Source: a virus
DNA length: 64,000 nucleotides
IMG/VR virus record: IMGVR_UViG_3300028197_001229
Coordinates: 21,106-85,105 of that record
Reading direction: 5' to 3' (one strand)
How positions within the stretch are numbered: the stretch's first letter is position 1; each line of letters opens with the position of its first letter. The translations under genes and the position numbers were made by a program. A model generated the notes under the pieces. It ran no database searches. It saw only the letters and a program-made list of their open reading frames with translations, and had not been told where the DNA came from. Of this stretch, positions 1 to 10,648 are shown in pieces.

Positions 1-306
1 TTTGTTACAGCTAATTCTAATACTGGTTGTTTGCGATCCAGGATATTTAGTACTGCAAAGTTAGAACCTAACGGAGATGTTGTAGATTCAAAAATAACAT
101 TTTTCTTTAGAGTTACATCTGACAATGAATTAGAAGGAACATTTTTTCCAGAAAGTTCTAAGATTTATTATTTAGGACTTGCCGCAGCTAGAACAGTAAG
201 TGACCCATCACAGGATCTAATGATGTCATTACTTTTAGCGGATGGTTTGGAAATTCCTACAAATGGGCAGCTGGCTATAGACTACACGCTTAAGTTAGGA
301 GTATAA
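1..306 (+). CDS. Partial (5'-truncated) probable tail/baseplate structural protein
   Basis: Frame is open from base 1 to TAA at 306; beta-rich C-terminus ('IPTNGQLAIDYTLKLGV'); abuts the next structural gene. Confidence 0.45.
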   Translation, partial: FVTANSNTGCLRSRIFSTAKLEPNGDVVDSKITFFFRVTSDNELEGTFFPESSKIYYLGLAAARTVSDPSQDLMMSLLLADGLEIPTNGQLAIDYTLKLGV

Positions 307-2415
307 ATGAGTAAACAACCAATACGTCACGTACAACCACTAGATGCACTGTCTAGTGATATAGTATCTACCCCAACTAAAGAACTTGAGGAGCGACTTA
401 GATTACTAGAAAACTCAGTAGCAAATTTGGCAACCAAAGGGACGCTGACAAATGTAATAATAAAGAATAAAAAAATACACAGTTCGGTAGAGTTGTATAA
501 TACTGTCTATTACAACAATAACTCAGGACTTTATGAACAAACTTTAGCACGTGTTGAGTTTACAGGTAACACTTACAATACTTTACCCACAGCTATGGTT
601 GTTGGTATAGTAGTTAAAATTTTAGGTAATACAGCAGATATCTTAGTAGATGGTAGTTGGCCTTCCGCAGTATTTCAATCGAGTAACAAACTTTTAGAAC
701 CGGGTGAGAATTATCAGGCAGGTAAGCCGTACTACATAAGCTCTGAATATTATGGTAGGATAACCGCAAGACCCCCTGCACTAGCTGTACAAGCTATACT
801 AGCTACAGGTGACACTATACTTATGAACAAAGTGTACGGTACACCTGAAGGGTTTGAGAAAACAGCAAAGTTTGAAATGAGCATGCGCCCGGTTGGTAGT
901 ACACGCACTGTCGGTAATGAAAGTAGGATAGTAGGATTTGATGGTCTAGAATCAAGTTCACTTACAGGTGAATGGACATCGACTAAAGATAGTTCTACAT
1001 TTTCACAATCAGGATTCATGGTAGCTGAGGGTCAAGCTTTAGGGTTACCTCCCAGTTCATTGTGGGTGGAGTTTATAATCGGAACAGACGGTCACTTAGT
1101 TGTAAACACCGCTAGTAGCTTAGCCCAGTTAGGTGAGCCTGACATTAAGAGTGAAACGTTTACGTCAGGAGTTTACGAAGCTGAAGATAGGCCGTTTGCG
1201 GTTACACTAGATAACCACGAAGACTTAAGAAGTTATGTAGTTAGCGACCAGAACAATGTAGCCATACAGCGGATTTACTTTAAATTTATTTGCAACGAAG
1301 GTGAAACATTTAACTTAGACAAATACAGATCTGTAATATTTAAAGTACCTGACTCACTAAAGGGTTGGAAAGAATTAGATGCATCGAATATTGAGCCAGG
1401 TGCAGCAGGTTCCAAATACCAAATACAACCTTATTATTCAGAAGGTCTAAACAGTGATTACCCTGAGTATGAACATGTTCCTAATGATGTTAAAAAGTAT
1501 TACGATACAAAGTCAGACTTTGGATTTGTTCAAAATTGGCCAGCCGAACCATTAAACAAAGCAATAGTAATGGTTAATGGTACTGAAACTAATTTGTCTG
1601 AAATGAGCGAGTTAGGTCTAACATCAAATTTCGGTGATGAGTACTATGATATGGGTATCTCTATAAAAACTCTATACTGGGGTACATCTTATGTAGAGAC
1701 GCAACCATGGGACATAAGTTACGATAGGGTTATAGAATCCGGGGAGGATACACACAACTCAAACGCAAAGGTAGCGCATAGGGGTGCAAGCTCAGGTTCT
1801 AGTTGGTACTGGCAAGAAAGTCTATACAGTTTTGAGCCACTACTGAATCGTGGTTGGGTTTACACAAACAAACTGAGTGTATATCACAAGTCATCTAGGG
1901 TATTAGGTGTGGGAGTATTATCACCACTTAAGATAAAAGATTCTATAACTGGATTAGAACCCTCTTATGAAGGTGAACCTATTTCAGGGAATTTATTACT
2001 TTGGTCGGAGGATCAGGAGAATGTATCACATACGACACAAGACATACATTTAGGTAGGTTTAGTACTACACCTATATACACTAACAACACTAAGTTTAAT
2101 GTAGTTTTACGAGAGTTGATATTTATAGTACGTTCACAAAATAATTCAGAACTAAGCAACCAAGAGCTGGGTCAAACATTTGATGAATCAGACTACGCGC
2201 AAGTTGATGTCGGTACCGGAACAGAAGGGCATAGTGTGTATAACATACTACAAAGAGCACCCGTAAAGGTACTGGAATATAATACATCTTGTGTATTAAC
2301 TTTAAATGAAACAGCCGCAATAATTCCACCTAATGGAGTAGTTCGTATAAATGTCTGGAGACCATTTGATGTAGAACAACGGGTGTCAGTAATAGTTACT
2401 GGTAAGGTATTCTAA
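307..2415 (+). CDS. Probable virion structural protein (fibre/baseplate-associated)
   Basis: 702 aa; N-terminal 'VGIVVKILGNTADILVDG...G..YYIS....G.IT..PP' resembles the capsid-cement/DUF2190-like module common in phage fibres; S/T/G-rich beta composition. Confidence 0.5.
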   Translation: MSKQPIRHVQPLDALSSDIVSTPTKELEERLRLLENSVANLATKGTLTNVIIKNKKIHSSVELYNTVYYNNNSGLYEQTLARVEFTGNTYNTLPTAMVVGIVVKILGNTADILVDGSWPSAVFQSSNKLLEPGENYQAGKPYYISSEYYGRITARPPALAVQAILATGDTILMNKVYGTPEGFEKTAKFEMSMRPVGSTRTVGNESRIVGFDGLESSSLTGEWTSTKDSSTFSQSGFMVAEGQALGLPPSSLWVEFIIGTDGHLVVNTASSLAQLGEPDIKSETFTSGVYEAEDRPFAVTLDNHEDLRSYVVSDQNNVAIQRIYFKFICNEGETFNLDKYRSVIFKVPDSLKGWKELDASNIEPGAAGSKYQIQPYYSEGLNSDYPEYEHVPNDVKKYYDTKSDFGFVQNWPAEPLNKAIVMVNGTETNLSEMSELGLTSNFGDEYYDMGISIKTLYWGTSYVETQPWDISYDRVIESGEDTHNSNAKVAHRGASSGSSWYWQESLYSFEPLLNRGWVYTNKLSVYHKSSRVLGVGVLSPLKIKDSITGLEPSYEGEPISGNLLLWSEDQENVSHTTQDIHLGRFSTTPIYTNNTKFNVVLRELIFIVRSQNNSELSNQELGQTFDESDYAQVDVGTGTEGHSVYNILQRAPVKVLEYNTSCVLTLNETAAIIPPNGVVRINVWRPFDVEQRVSVIVTGKVF

Positions 2416-3293
2416 TGAAAGCTGCAGTTACACTAGAAAAGTTTACAGCTGAGTACAATTTCGATCCAGACCAAAGAAAAGGTTGGGCACTTATGGTGCG
2501 TGCAACAAATGCAGTTAATATGGACCCGGAAATATTTGTGTATCACAGGATGTTAAATACAGATGCCTATACAGGTGACTTGTTTGAAGCTGTAGCGTCT
2601 GTAAATCAATATTACGAAATACCAAAAAATGCTCCTAAGATCATAAATGAAGATGAATTGATTCCGTACTATAAAAGAAATCAATTAGAGGTATTTGCAA
2701 GAACCCCCAGCGAATTAGAAGAAATTTGGGAGTATATAAAAATAGATGTAAGTAGGTTGGTAGCAGATATAAATTCTACAGATATACTTACTGCATTCCA
2801 AGGAGCTAACATAGCTGACGATGGTGGTTTAGAAACTTACGAAATATCGGAAAATAGAGTGTCCCTGGCTTTAAATTTTATGCCGGCTGGAAACTGGGAC
2901 GGAGAGACAATAACCGATCCCAGCCACGATAAACAAGGTTGGTTACCAGTTACTGAGTTTGAAAATGGAATAGCCGAGCCTATAGACGCTATTCCGGAAC
3001 ATGCTTTGTTCTACTATAACATAGATGCTGACAAAGACTTTAAATTATTTTTTAAAAAATATATCAATAAACCATACAACAATAACATACTGGAACTGAA
3101 TGGGATGATGCTGTTATATGGTAGTGCAGGTGCATACAGCGTGACTAAAGATACAGTGTTCTGGTTAGAAAATAAAAACTGGACAATAGAGGGTACACAA
3201 CAAAATCCTTGGCCGGATGATTATATAGATGGTCTACCGTTATCTTACCTACCACAGTTGCGCCTAATCATGCCTGATTCTCAAAAGACTTAA
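2415..3293 (+). CDS. Hypothetical phage protein, probably structural
   Basis: 292 aa ORF coupled (TAATG) to the upstream structural gene. Confidence 0.5.
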   Translation: MKAAVTLEKFTAEYNFDPDQRKGWALMVRATNAVNMDPEIFVYHRMLNTDAYTGDLFEAVASVNQYYEIPKNAPKIINEDELIPYYKRNQLEVFARTPSELEEIWEYIKIDVSRLVADINSTDILTAFQGANIADDGGLETYEISENRVSLALNFMPAGNWDGETITDPSHDKQGWLPVTEFENGIAEPIDAIPEHALFYYNIDADKDFKLFFKKYINKPYNNNILELNGMMLLYGSAGAYSVTKDTVFWLENKNWTIEGTQQNPWPDDYIDGLPLSYLPQLRLIMPDSQKT

Positions 3294-5514
3294 TATCTAA
3301 GTCGGAAACCTCAATGGGCCCACTACGGCTCTCGTATGTAAACGCTTTTAAATCTAGAGCCAGCCTAATAAATTGAGCTCCAGAATAAGCTAAGTTTTCC
3401 ACATTATTTTCGGTTATTGTAAAGTCAGTACACTCTGTACGTATTATGTGATTTATAATCTTAGGTAGTAGTACTTTGAAGTATATAACATAGTCGTAGT
3501 TTAAACTAAAGTTACTAACGTCTAAACCTTCATCACAAAATATAAAAACTCCATGTTTGTAAAAATCGTGACAGTTGTCCTCACTAAAACAAACTACTGG
3601 GTAACCTTCTATCTCTTCTATTTTAGTACCCTTAGATCGAGTATTAGTATTTAATTCTAATACAGAAGTTTGTCCGAAAACTTCGAACAACTGTATTAGT
3701 AACTTTCTAGATTTTGTACTATCTACCAACCTTACAGTTGGAATATCCCACTTCATATAGGACCGACACAACATACCTACTAATAAGGACAATATAAGAT
3801 TTAATTTTGAATCAAACTTTAGCTTATTAGACTTAGGTAGCATACTGTAATCATAGTTACTAAAAAAAGAACGCTCCGGATGTGGCGTAGCAGTTCGTTC
3901 GGTTACAGTAAAACCAGAAGCTTCCCAAGCAAAACTACGAAAACTAGATCTATCGTCAGACCAACCCAACCTAGCTAGTCCGAATTCTGCTTTGGCAGAA
4001 TTAGCTTCCTGCAGTAATATGTTGTTTAAATATTTGGCGTACCTTGTATCGTAAATTGTGGGTAGTTTAATATTCTCGTTAGTGTCACTAGTAAGTGCTT
4101 TCGTTAAAACTTTTATGACTTCGTAAGGCTGCTGTAAAGTTCTCTTAGAAAACACTACATCTTTAGCGACATCAGATATGTAGGCCGTGCCTTTATAAAA
4201 AACATCTGAACTATTTTTAAACACTAATGTCCTCTTAAGTATTATTGTGAAATTAGTAATAGGTATAGACTCACCATTAAGATCTACATGGTAACCATCC
4301 ACAGTACTCCCCACTTGTTTACCTAATGCTCTGAAGTTTTTATTACTCCGTATAATCTCCTGCCCTGCTAACTCGAGAACTTGTTGTCGTCCAGATTGTT
4401 TTAATTTTTCTATAATCTCAGATCTTATAAGTGCATCTGTAAAAGCGTGACCCATAAATTTAGTTATAGATTCCGTATCTTCTGATTTTTTAGTCAATAG
4501 ACTAAAGAAACTATTAACAACTTTTGCCCTACAACACTTACTTAGCTTAAATGGTTCTAAATAAATATCGTTAGTAATACGTACTCTACTGGCATACTTA
4601 AAATAAACCATCATGCTAGCCAATACTTTACAGTTTTCTGCCGAAACAAGTAATGTCGGTAGTCTGTCGGGCTGTAGTGAGTAACTAAAACTTTTACCCT
4701 TCCTTACACTATTCTTCCTAGACAGTAAAGTGCCGTACCCATTTCGGCTATGTTTCACCATATTATGCCTAGCGTGAGCGAGTTGTGTTATATCATCACA
4801 TATTACGCATATTTGATTATCAGGAGGCATAGTGTGGTAACCTAAGTACCCATGTGCAAATTCTGATTCATAAACTAGTATAAATTTACCAGATACAATA
4901 TCTTCTACAACTACAGAAGCTAAGGTGTGATAACTTGTGTGGTATGTATAAACTAGATAATCACTGCTCGTTGCTACTTTACAAATTTCTTTGGTAAAAT
5001 CTTTAGACTCCCATAAACTTATAAGCTTTTTAAGAGAATCCCCAGACATATAAAACAAAAATTGAGGAATGTTCCCCTGTAACATGTTCTTATTAATTAA
5101 ACTCTCTTTTACAGTTGTAGGTATTTTGATACTTTTCGAACACTTAGCGAACACTCTATTAGCCAAACTAAGGTCTTTCAGATATAGTGCTATATCGTTT
5201 TTCCACCACAATAACGTAGAAGCAACAGTAGGATCAGCACTATCAGAGCTTGCATCTAAGATAGACTCTACAGACTCTAAGTAACTTAGACCCTTTACAT
5301 AAACAATTAGATCAACTATATTGCCATACTGAAACTCAGGATTATAAAACTGTGAAACCAATTCCTTACTTAATACATAAAACGAATTACCAGGATTCTT
5401 TGGATCTTGGAAAACTGGTATGTGGTTTACACTGTTTAGTTCTACTAAACCCAACTCCTTACACACAGCATAGGGCGACCGAAGATCAAAAAGCATATTG
5501 ACTTTAGTGCGCAT
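3268..5514 (-). CDS. Degenerate primase/helicase-like protein (CHC2-finger-like N-terminus, DUF927-like middle)
   Basis: 748 aa; 'YGNIVDLIVYVKGLSYLESVESIL' matches the post-zinc-finger helix pair of DnaG-type primases; 'PITNFTI...GLARLGW..F' is DUF927-like; no intact Walker A. Confidence 0.4.
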   Translation of the reverse strand: MRTKVNMLFDLRSPYAVCKELGLVELNSVNHIPVFQDPKNPGNSFYVLSKELVSQFYNPEFQYGNIVDLIVYVKGLSYLESVESILDASSDSADPTVASTLLWWKNDIALYLKDLSLANRVFAKCSKSIKIPTTVKESLINKNMLQGNIPQFLFYMSGDSLKKLISLWESKDFTKEICKVATSSDYLVYTYHTSYHTLASVVVEDIVSGKFILVYESEFAHGYLGYHTMPPDNQICVICDDITQLAHARHNMVKHSRNGYGTLLSRKNSVRKGKSFSYSLQPDRLPTLLVSAENCKVLASMMVYFKYASRVRITNDIYLEPFKLSKCCRAKVVNSFFSLLTKKSEDTESITKFMGHAFTDALIRSEIIEKLKQSGRQQVLELAGQEIIRSNKNFRALGKQVGSTVDGYHVDLNGESIPITNFTIILKRTLVFKNSSDVFYKGTAYISDVAKDVVFSKRTLQQPYEVIKVLTKALTSDTNENIKLPTIYDTRYAKYLNNILLQEANSAKAEFGLARLGWSDDRSSFRSFAWEASGFTVTERTATPHPERSFFSNYDYSMLPKSNKLKFDSKLNLILSLLVGMLCRSYMKWDIPTVRLVDSTKSRKLLIQLFEVFGQTSVLELNTNTRSKGTKIEEIEGYPVVCFSEDNCHDFYKHGVFIFCDEGLDVSNFSLNYDYVIYFKVLLPKIINHIIRTECTDFTITENNVENLAYSGAQFIRLALDLKAFTYESRSGPIEVSDLDIKSFENQA

Positions 5515-5542
5515 CTAATTAAGAATTGAAAGATCAAACATC

Positions 5543-6595
5543 ATGGACTTTGTAAAAGATAATAACCCTAAGCATTTGTTGCAAGTTTCTGCTATGATCG
5601 GGAATTTCCCGGCATATGTCAAGGAAGCTTCAGCTAATGAGCGACAAGAAGAAGTAAAGAATTTAGTGAAATCAGCATTTGCTGATCAACGCACTAAAGA
5701 GTTCCCGCTTAACACTAAGGAGAACACTTACTTAAGTTATGCTTACTACAAGTCAGCAAACTGTGAAGATGTTAATATTCTAAAAAATATAGAGACTGCG
5801 GTAGGGTTACATGGTATAGGCGAAGACGTGGAGCCTATAGACAGCGTCTTTAATGATTTAGATAAGCAAGCTTCGACTGATGTGTTATCTGAAAATTTTG
5901 CATTATCTATAAATTACGGAGATTCTGTAGGTGTAAAGTACTACTACCCTGTCAATGATCAGCAAACCATAACTAAGTCAGCTAGAGATTTGTCAAATGA
6001 TTTTGCAAAGATGCCTATAGAAGCATTTAGACATGCATCTAAAAACTTAGTAAAAGCTGCAAGAAAAATAAATTTAGAAGTATCAAGTTTGCCCGACCGA
6101 ATAAGGCGTAACGGTATAGATCGGGAGTTTAACTATTCAGGTGCCAAAGTTGCATGCAAACAACGTTCAGAACTTTTAGGAGAGGGTGCTGGAAATGTAT
6201 ATGAAGAAATTTTAAAGTCAGCGAGTATTGATGTTGAGAACATTGAAGATTACATAAACTTGTTCACAGATATGGATCGTATGAATGGTGTAAAGTATAG
6301 CTCAACACTACTAAACCCTTACGAATCATTCTTTTCTGGAATTGACAAATTAGCATTAGAAAAGGTTGCTAACGCATACGTAGTAGTTTCTGATGCTCCA
6401 ATTCCACTAGATGATTTCACTAAAGCTGCTAGGAAAGCTATTGAAGAAAATTTCTGTAGTGAAGATCAAGAAAAGCTATTAGGAATAGTTAAAGCAGCTG
6501 AAGACCTTGGCGGGTTATCAGCTAGCGAAAAACTAATACAGTTTCCAGAAGAATTACAAAAACAATTCCTAGGTAGCTTGTTGGATAGAAAATGA
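5543..6595 (+). CDS. K-x-A-motif-rich putative head/internal virion protein
   Basis: 350 aa with 12 K-x-A tripeptides (KEA, KSA x4, KQA, KAA x3, KVA x2, KLA). Confidence 0.55.
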   Translation: MDFVKDNNPKHLLQVSAMIGNFPAYVKEASANERQEEVKNLVKSAFADQRTKEFPLNTKENTYLSYAYYKSANCEDVNILKNIETAVGLHGIGEDVEPIDSVFNDLDKQASTDVLSENFALSINYGDSVGVKYYYPVNDQQTITKSARDLSNDFAKMPIEAFRHASKNLVKAARKINLEVSSLPDRIRRNGIDREFNYSGAKVACKQRSELLGEGAGNVYEEILKSASIDVENIEDYINLFTDMDRMNGVKYSSTLLNPYESFFSGIDKLALEKVANAYVVVSDAPIPLDDFTKAARKAIEENFCSEDQEKLLGIVKAAEDLGGLSASEKLIQFPEELQKQFLGSLLDRK

Positions 6596-6894
6596 ATAAC
6601 AAAGAAAAATTGTTACTAGTTAAATTGGCAGAAACTGTAGTACAAGACAGTATGCCTACACCTAGTGGTGACGGTGAAATGAATATGGAGCAACCAGCAA
6701 ACATGTTCCAAAACAATTCATTTAATCTATTTCCACAAAATAAAAACTTTGGACCAAAGATATTACCAAATGCTGGAGGTGTTCAGCCTAACTTAATGTT
6801 GGGAGGAGATCCGCAAAATATGGGAGCGCCTAGCACAATGAGTATGACAGCTCCCGGAGGCGGGAAAGGGACTACTCCGAATATAGGTGTATGA
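6592..6894 (+). CDS. Small low-complexity putative virion protein
   Basis: 100 aa, ATGA overlap, 'VKLAE' followed by a G/P/M/N-rich tail. Confidence 0.55.
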   Translation: MNNKEKLLLVKLAETVVQDSMPTPSGDGEMNMEQPANMFQNNSFNLFPQNKNFGPKILPNAGGVQPNLMLGGDPQNMGAPSTMSMTAPGGGKGTTPNIGV

Positions 6895-7757
6895 AACTGC
6901 CTGTAATAGGCGCTAGCTTAGGTGGACTTATAGGTTACCTAAAGTCTAAAAAGAATAAAAAAGACGAAAGAGAAAATCCCCTAGAAGATTCGCTACGTGG
7001 TAGTGCAGTGGGAGGTTTGACCGGATTAGGTGCTACGCTAGGAGATACGTATGGTTTAAAAGGTGGTTACGCATTAGGGGAGATGGTAAGTGATGACTTA
7101 CAAACTAAATCAAACTACGCAAACATAGCCCGTATAATCGGCTTACTAAGCGGTGGAACTTTAGGTTATATGGGTGGTAAAAAACTTGTAGATAAAGAAG
7201 AAGGGCCTGAAGAGGAGAAGTCTGCAATGCTAGGAACTACATTAGGTGCAGTCTATGGTTCAAATGCCGCAACTGAGAGTGAAGTTTACAAAAGAAAAAC
7301 TAACCCCGATGTAGCAGAAAGATCTGGAGCTTTGCGAGGAGCAGGGATTGGTGCTATAGCAGACATATTTGCTGCATTGGGTTTAACCGGCGGAAAATCT
7401 CTAGGTACTGAAACTGCTAGGCAATTAGAATTTTCAAACCTTGGTCCGATGCGTGGACTGGGAGGACTTCTTGGGGCTGTAGGTGGTGGTGTAGCAGGTT
7501 ACGGTCTAGGTAAGAAGTTACTATGGCCAGAAGAGTGGTCTGCTGATAATACTGCTTCTGAAATAGAAGTTATAGAAAAAGATATGGGCAGGTTACTAAA
7601 TAGACCGTGGTCAGAATCAACTGAAAATGAATATTTTGCTTTGGAAGGAGAGTTAAAAGACTTGAAAGAAGAGTTGAGCGAATATGAAATGCCCAAGGCA
7701 GCAAGTCAAGAAGCACCGTATAAGGACACTTTGAGTGTATTAGGCTATGGGGACTAA
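6891..7757 (+). CDS. Glycine-zipper putative membrane/internal virion protein
   Basis: Repeated GxxxG helices (GASLGGLIG, GSAVGGLTGLGA, GLGGLLGAVGGGVAGYG); 'EKSAM' and 'PKAAS' motifs. Confidence 0.6.
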   Translation: MKLPVIGASLGGLIGYLKSKKNKKDERENPLEDSLRGSAVGGLTGLGATLGDTYGLKGGYALGEMVSDDLQTKSNYANIARIIGLLSGGTLGYMGGKKLVDKEEGPEEEKSAMLGTTLGAVYGSNAATESEVYKRKTNPDVAERSGALRGAGIGAIADIFAALGLTGGKSLGTETARQLEFSNLGPMRGLGGLLGAVGGGVAGYGLGKKLLWPEEWSADNTASEIEVIEKDMGRLLNRPWSESTENEYFALEGELKDLKEELSEYEMPKAASQEAPYKDTLSVLGYGD

Positions 7758-8310
7758 ACTAGACAAGAAAGAGGTTTTTAAGGCCCTGTCTGACGACGCA
7801 ACGTTTGGTACTACAGCACATGTAATTGCAATTGCTACGTTTGGTGAGGAAGTTTACCAGATGGACCCACTAGAATTATTTATGAATCTAGAGGATGAGT
7901 ACAAGATGGAAATTTCAGATGAAGTTTGTGAAAAGTTACAAGCTATACTACTGGCAACTACAACAGACGCATTCTATGAAGATGCTACGGCTTTCCGCGC
8001 AATAGCTAATACGCTAATTGAAGGTAACCCAGGATTCGAAGGTTTCGACAATTTAACTGTACCAGAGATATTGTGGTCAATATATGAGGTAGAACTAAAT
8101 CACGAACCAATAGAGTTTTCAGCTAGTGTTAACAAATTGATAGCAACAGAGCTTGAAGAAGAAGTAGAAGACATGGATGAGATAAGCGAAGCCATGGAAG
8201 TACCTTATTACCAGCGTGCTGTTAGAGATTTACGAGGTGAATTAGCCGAACAGCTTGTGGCTATAGGCTTCGAGCAACATAACTTACCATCTGTAGACAG
8301 TCTGCAATAA
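7747..8310 (+). CDS. Hypothetical acidic protein next to terminase
   Basis: 187 aa ORF overlapping the previous stop. Confidence 0.6.
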   Translation: MGTKLDKKEVFKALSDDATFGTTAHVIAIATFGEEVYQMDPLELFMNLEDEYKMEISDEVCEKLQAILLATTTDAFYEDATAFRAIANTLIEGNPGFEGFDNLTVPEILWSIYEVELNHEPIEFSASVNKLIATELEEEVEDMDEISEAMEVPYYQRAVRDLRGELAEQLVAIGFEQHNLPSVDSLQ

Positions 8311-8320
8311 CGACACGTAT

Positions 8321-8338
8321 TGTGTCATATATTATTGG
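8321..8338 (+). promoter_or_regulatory. Variant of the recurring intergenic motif (TGTGTCATATATTATTGG)
   Basis: Similar to consensus YGTGTTATATATAWTTGR seen at six other intergenic sites. Confidence 0.45.
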
Positions 8339-8396
8339 TAATCCAGAAACTATCGTAAGATAGTTTAAAACGAAAAACTATTTTTTTCCCTATTGG

Positions 8397-10247
8397 TCAC
8401 ATACTAAATGAAGTACCAACGTTTCCTATAATCTCTTCTCGGGCAATGAGGTTTCCAGCATTGGATGTCATTGACAATTTCATTCTGTTTAGTAGCGCAG
8501 TATCTTCAACTAGATTTTCTTGTAAAAATACACGCCCAGTAATGTAAGCAAAGTTTAAAGCGTGTAAGAAGTCATCAGACCGAGCGCCATGCTTCCTATA
8601 CAGAAACCCGGTACCACCGCCTGAGGTCTCCTGTGGTATACGTATTAGGTTTAGACATTCGGAAAGATAATCACCCATACGCTCCCAGTGTAACGATCGT
8701 ATTCTTAAATTCTTCATACCGTAATATAATGCTGTAATACTTTCCGTACGATTAAGAGAAAACATATTAAACATAGTTTTACTCTCTTGTATAACTTGTG
8801 AATTAGGTCCGGAATACTTATATATAAAATGATTTTCAGGCGCCATCTGTTCCCTCAATAACATATTGTAGGCATAACCAACACCGTAATCAGACCCTAG
8901 TGCCATTCCGTGAAACTCGTTGTGTCTAGCAAGTATATCAGAAGCTATCGCTCTATAAGACATGCCCTCGTAACGCTTACCATGTATCAAATCAAATGTA
9001 CCATCCCTGTTTAAACCTATAATTGCGTGAGTAGTATATGAAAGTTTTGTTTTGTTAGACACATCATAGTCCGAGCCGCCCCAGTCGCATCCTGAAAATA
9101 CTGCATAGTACTCACCGCTTTGAGCCTTAGCTAAGTAAGGTGCGTTAGATTCTCCTAAAATACACATTCTACGTAAATCGCCTTCTGTGATTTCACGCTC
9201 ACCTTCTTGTGTTGGTATTCCTAAATTTTCCTGCAAAAATTTTCTAGGATCTTGGTGTAGTTTTTTTCTATATATTTCGTCCCACCGTATGTGGTTATTA
9301 ACAACTGCAGGTACAATAATCTGAGGAATGTGAAAACCGAATCTACCAATCTTAAACTTATCTTCGTCTAAATGTACGAATCTACCTTTAGTAACATCTA
9401 GCCTAGCACCACACTTACAACAACAAACTCCCTTGGGTTGTATCATATCCAAAACGCCATCTTCGGGTGTAGGAACATTTTCGTGATTACAACTATCACA
9501 TTTCATAATCCATACGCCTTGAGAAGAATCTGCGTACTTACCTTCTAACGCAGTATCTGTGGTCAATGACGTACCTGCATATATAGTAACAGGCATATGC
9601 GACGCTCGTTGGATTTCGTCAATTTCAGGTTCAAAACTTGGGTCAAAGTTTTGATACTCATCGTATAGCAGTTCATCGGTAGACATACCACGTGCACTAG
9701 AAACCTGCGTATCAACATTAATTAGCTGTATACTAGACCCGTTAGGATACTCCTTATACTGTAGGTTCTGCCTATATTTGTGACTGGTAGTCGGGAAACG
9801 AAATGCAGTTTCCAAATCTCGCAACCTATTAGCATATGTCTTAACTTGATCAGCCTTAGGTGCTATGTACAAACTTTTTAATTTGGGTATCATGTGCGCG
9901 TTCAACCTTTGTCTCGCTGCAAAAGTTGTAGACTTTGCTATTTGTCTACTACCACGAATAACCATAAACCCACCAATGTTTATAGGTAATAAATGATAGG
10001 CAAACGGAAAGTCCCTAAGACTCATTGGCTTGTTTTTAGGATACTGCGGGTAATAGTACGGAAGTAAAAACGCAGGATTGTATTTGCAAAACCTAAGTAT
10101 CTCTCTCAGTATTTCCTGAGCGAGTTGAGTGTGGTATCCACTACTTTCAGCTTTATGAGTTAATACTTGTAACTCATTTGTCAATTTAGTAAGCTTGTCT
10201 CTAAATTGACCATTAGTCCTAACAGTATATTCTAAATCAAAATACAT
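8397..10247 (-). CDS. terL: Terminase large subunit (lambda gpA-like)
   Basis: Walker A 'GSRQIAKST', Walker B 'LLYDEYQ', 'AGTS' coupling motif, Cys pairs CDSC/CCKC, nuclease acidic residues 'GCDWGG' and 'DDFLHALNF'. Confidence 0.85.
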   Translation of the reverse strand: MYFDLEYTVRTNGQFRDKLTKLTNELQVLTHKAESSGYHTQLAQEILREILRFCKYNPAFLLPYYYPQYPKNKPMSLRDFPFAYHLLPINIGGFMVIRGSRQIAKSTTFAARQRLNAHMIPKLKSLYIAPKADQVKTYANRLRDLETAFRFPTTSHKYRQNLQYKEYPNGSSIQLINVDTQVSSARGMSTDELLYDEYQNFDPSFEPEIDEIQRASHMPVTIYAGTSLTTDTALEGKYADSSQGVWIMKCDSCNHENVPTPEDGVLDMIQPKGVCCCKCGARLDVTKGRFVHLDEDKFKIGRFGFHIPQIIVPAVVNNHIRWDEIYRKKLHQDPRKFLQENLGIPTQEGEREITEGDLRRMCILGESNAPYLAKAQSGEYYAVFSGCDWGGSDYDVSNKTKLSYTTHAIIGLNRDGTFDLIHGKRYEGMSYRAIASDILARHNEFHGMALGSDYGVGYAYNMLLREQMAPENHFIYKYSGPNSQVIQESKTMFNMFSLNRTESITALYYGMKNLRIRSLHWERMGDYLSECLNLIRIPQETSGGGTGFLYRKHGARSDDFLHALNFAYITGRVFLQENLVEDTALLNRMKLSMTSNAGNLIAREEIIGNVGTSFSM

Positions 10248-10256
10248 AATAAAAAT

Positions 10257-10619
10257 ATGGATGAATTAAACATTTCGGGATCTGGATCTGGTTCATTAAC
10301 TGACCCAGACATACATAACCCAGACCACAAAATAAGTAAAGCAAAACCAACTATAAACAAATCACCGGTATTGTATTTACGGAGAAGGAGAAATAACGAC
10401 TTCCCCAGAGCAGGTGATAGTGGAAGATCAGTAGACAGTAGTATTTGGTACACGGGTAAAGATGGAGACCCGCGTAACGTACAACGTGTAGATGATGGAA
10501 GTATATACCCTAACCACAGCAGTGTTGGTAGAGTAGGTGAGCAAGAGTGGGTAAAGTTTAGAGATTACAAACGACAATTACCAAAATGGGTAAAACAGTT
10601 AGAGTTAAGGATTGACTGA
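10257..10619 (+). CDS. Hypothetical protein
   Basis: 120 aa ORF divergent from terL. Confidence 0.55.
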   Translation: MDELNISGSGSGSLTDPDIHNPDHKISKAKPTINKSPVLYLRRRRNNDFPRAGDSGRSVDSSIWYTGKDGDPRNVQRVDDGSIYPNHSSVGRVGEQEWVKFRDYKRQLPKWVKQLELRID

Positions 10620-10648
10620 ACATAAGCCCAAAGTTTATAAATTTTAAA

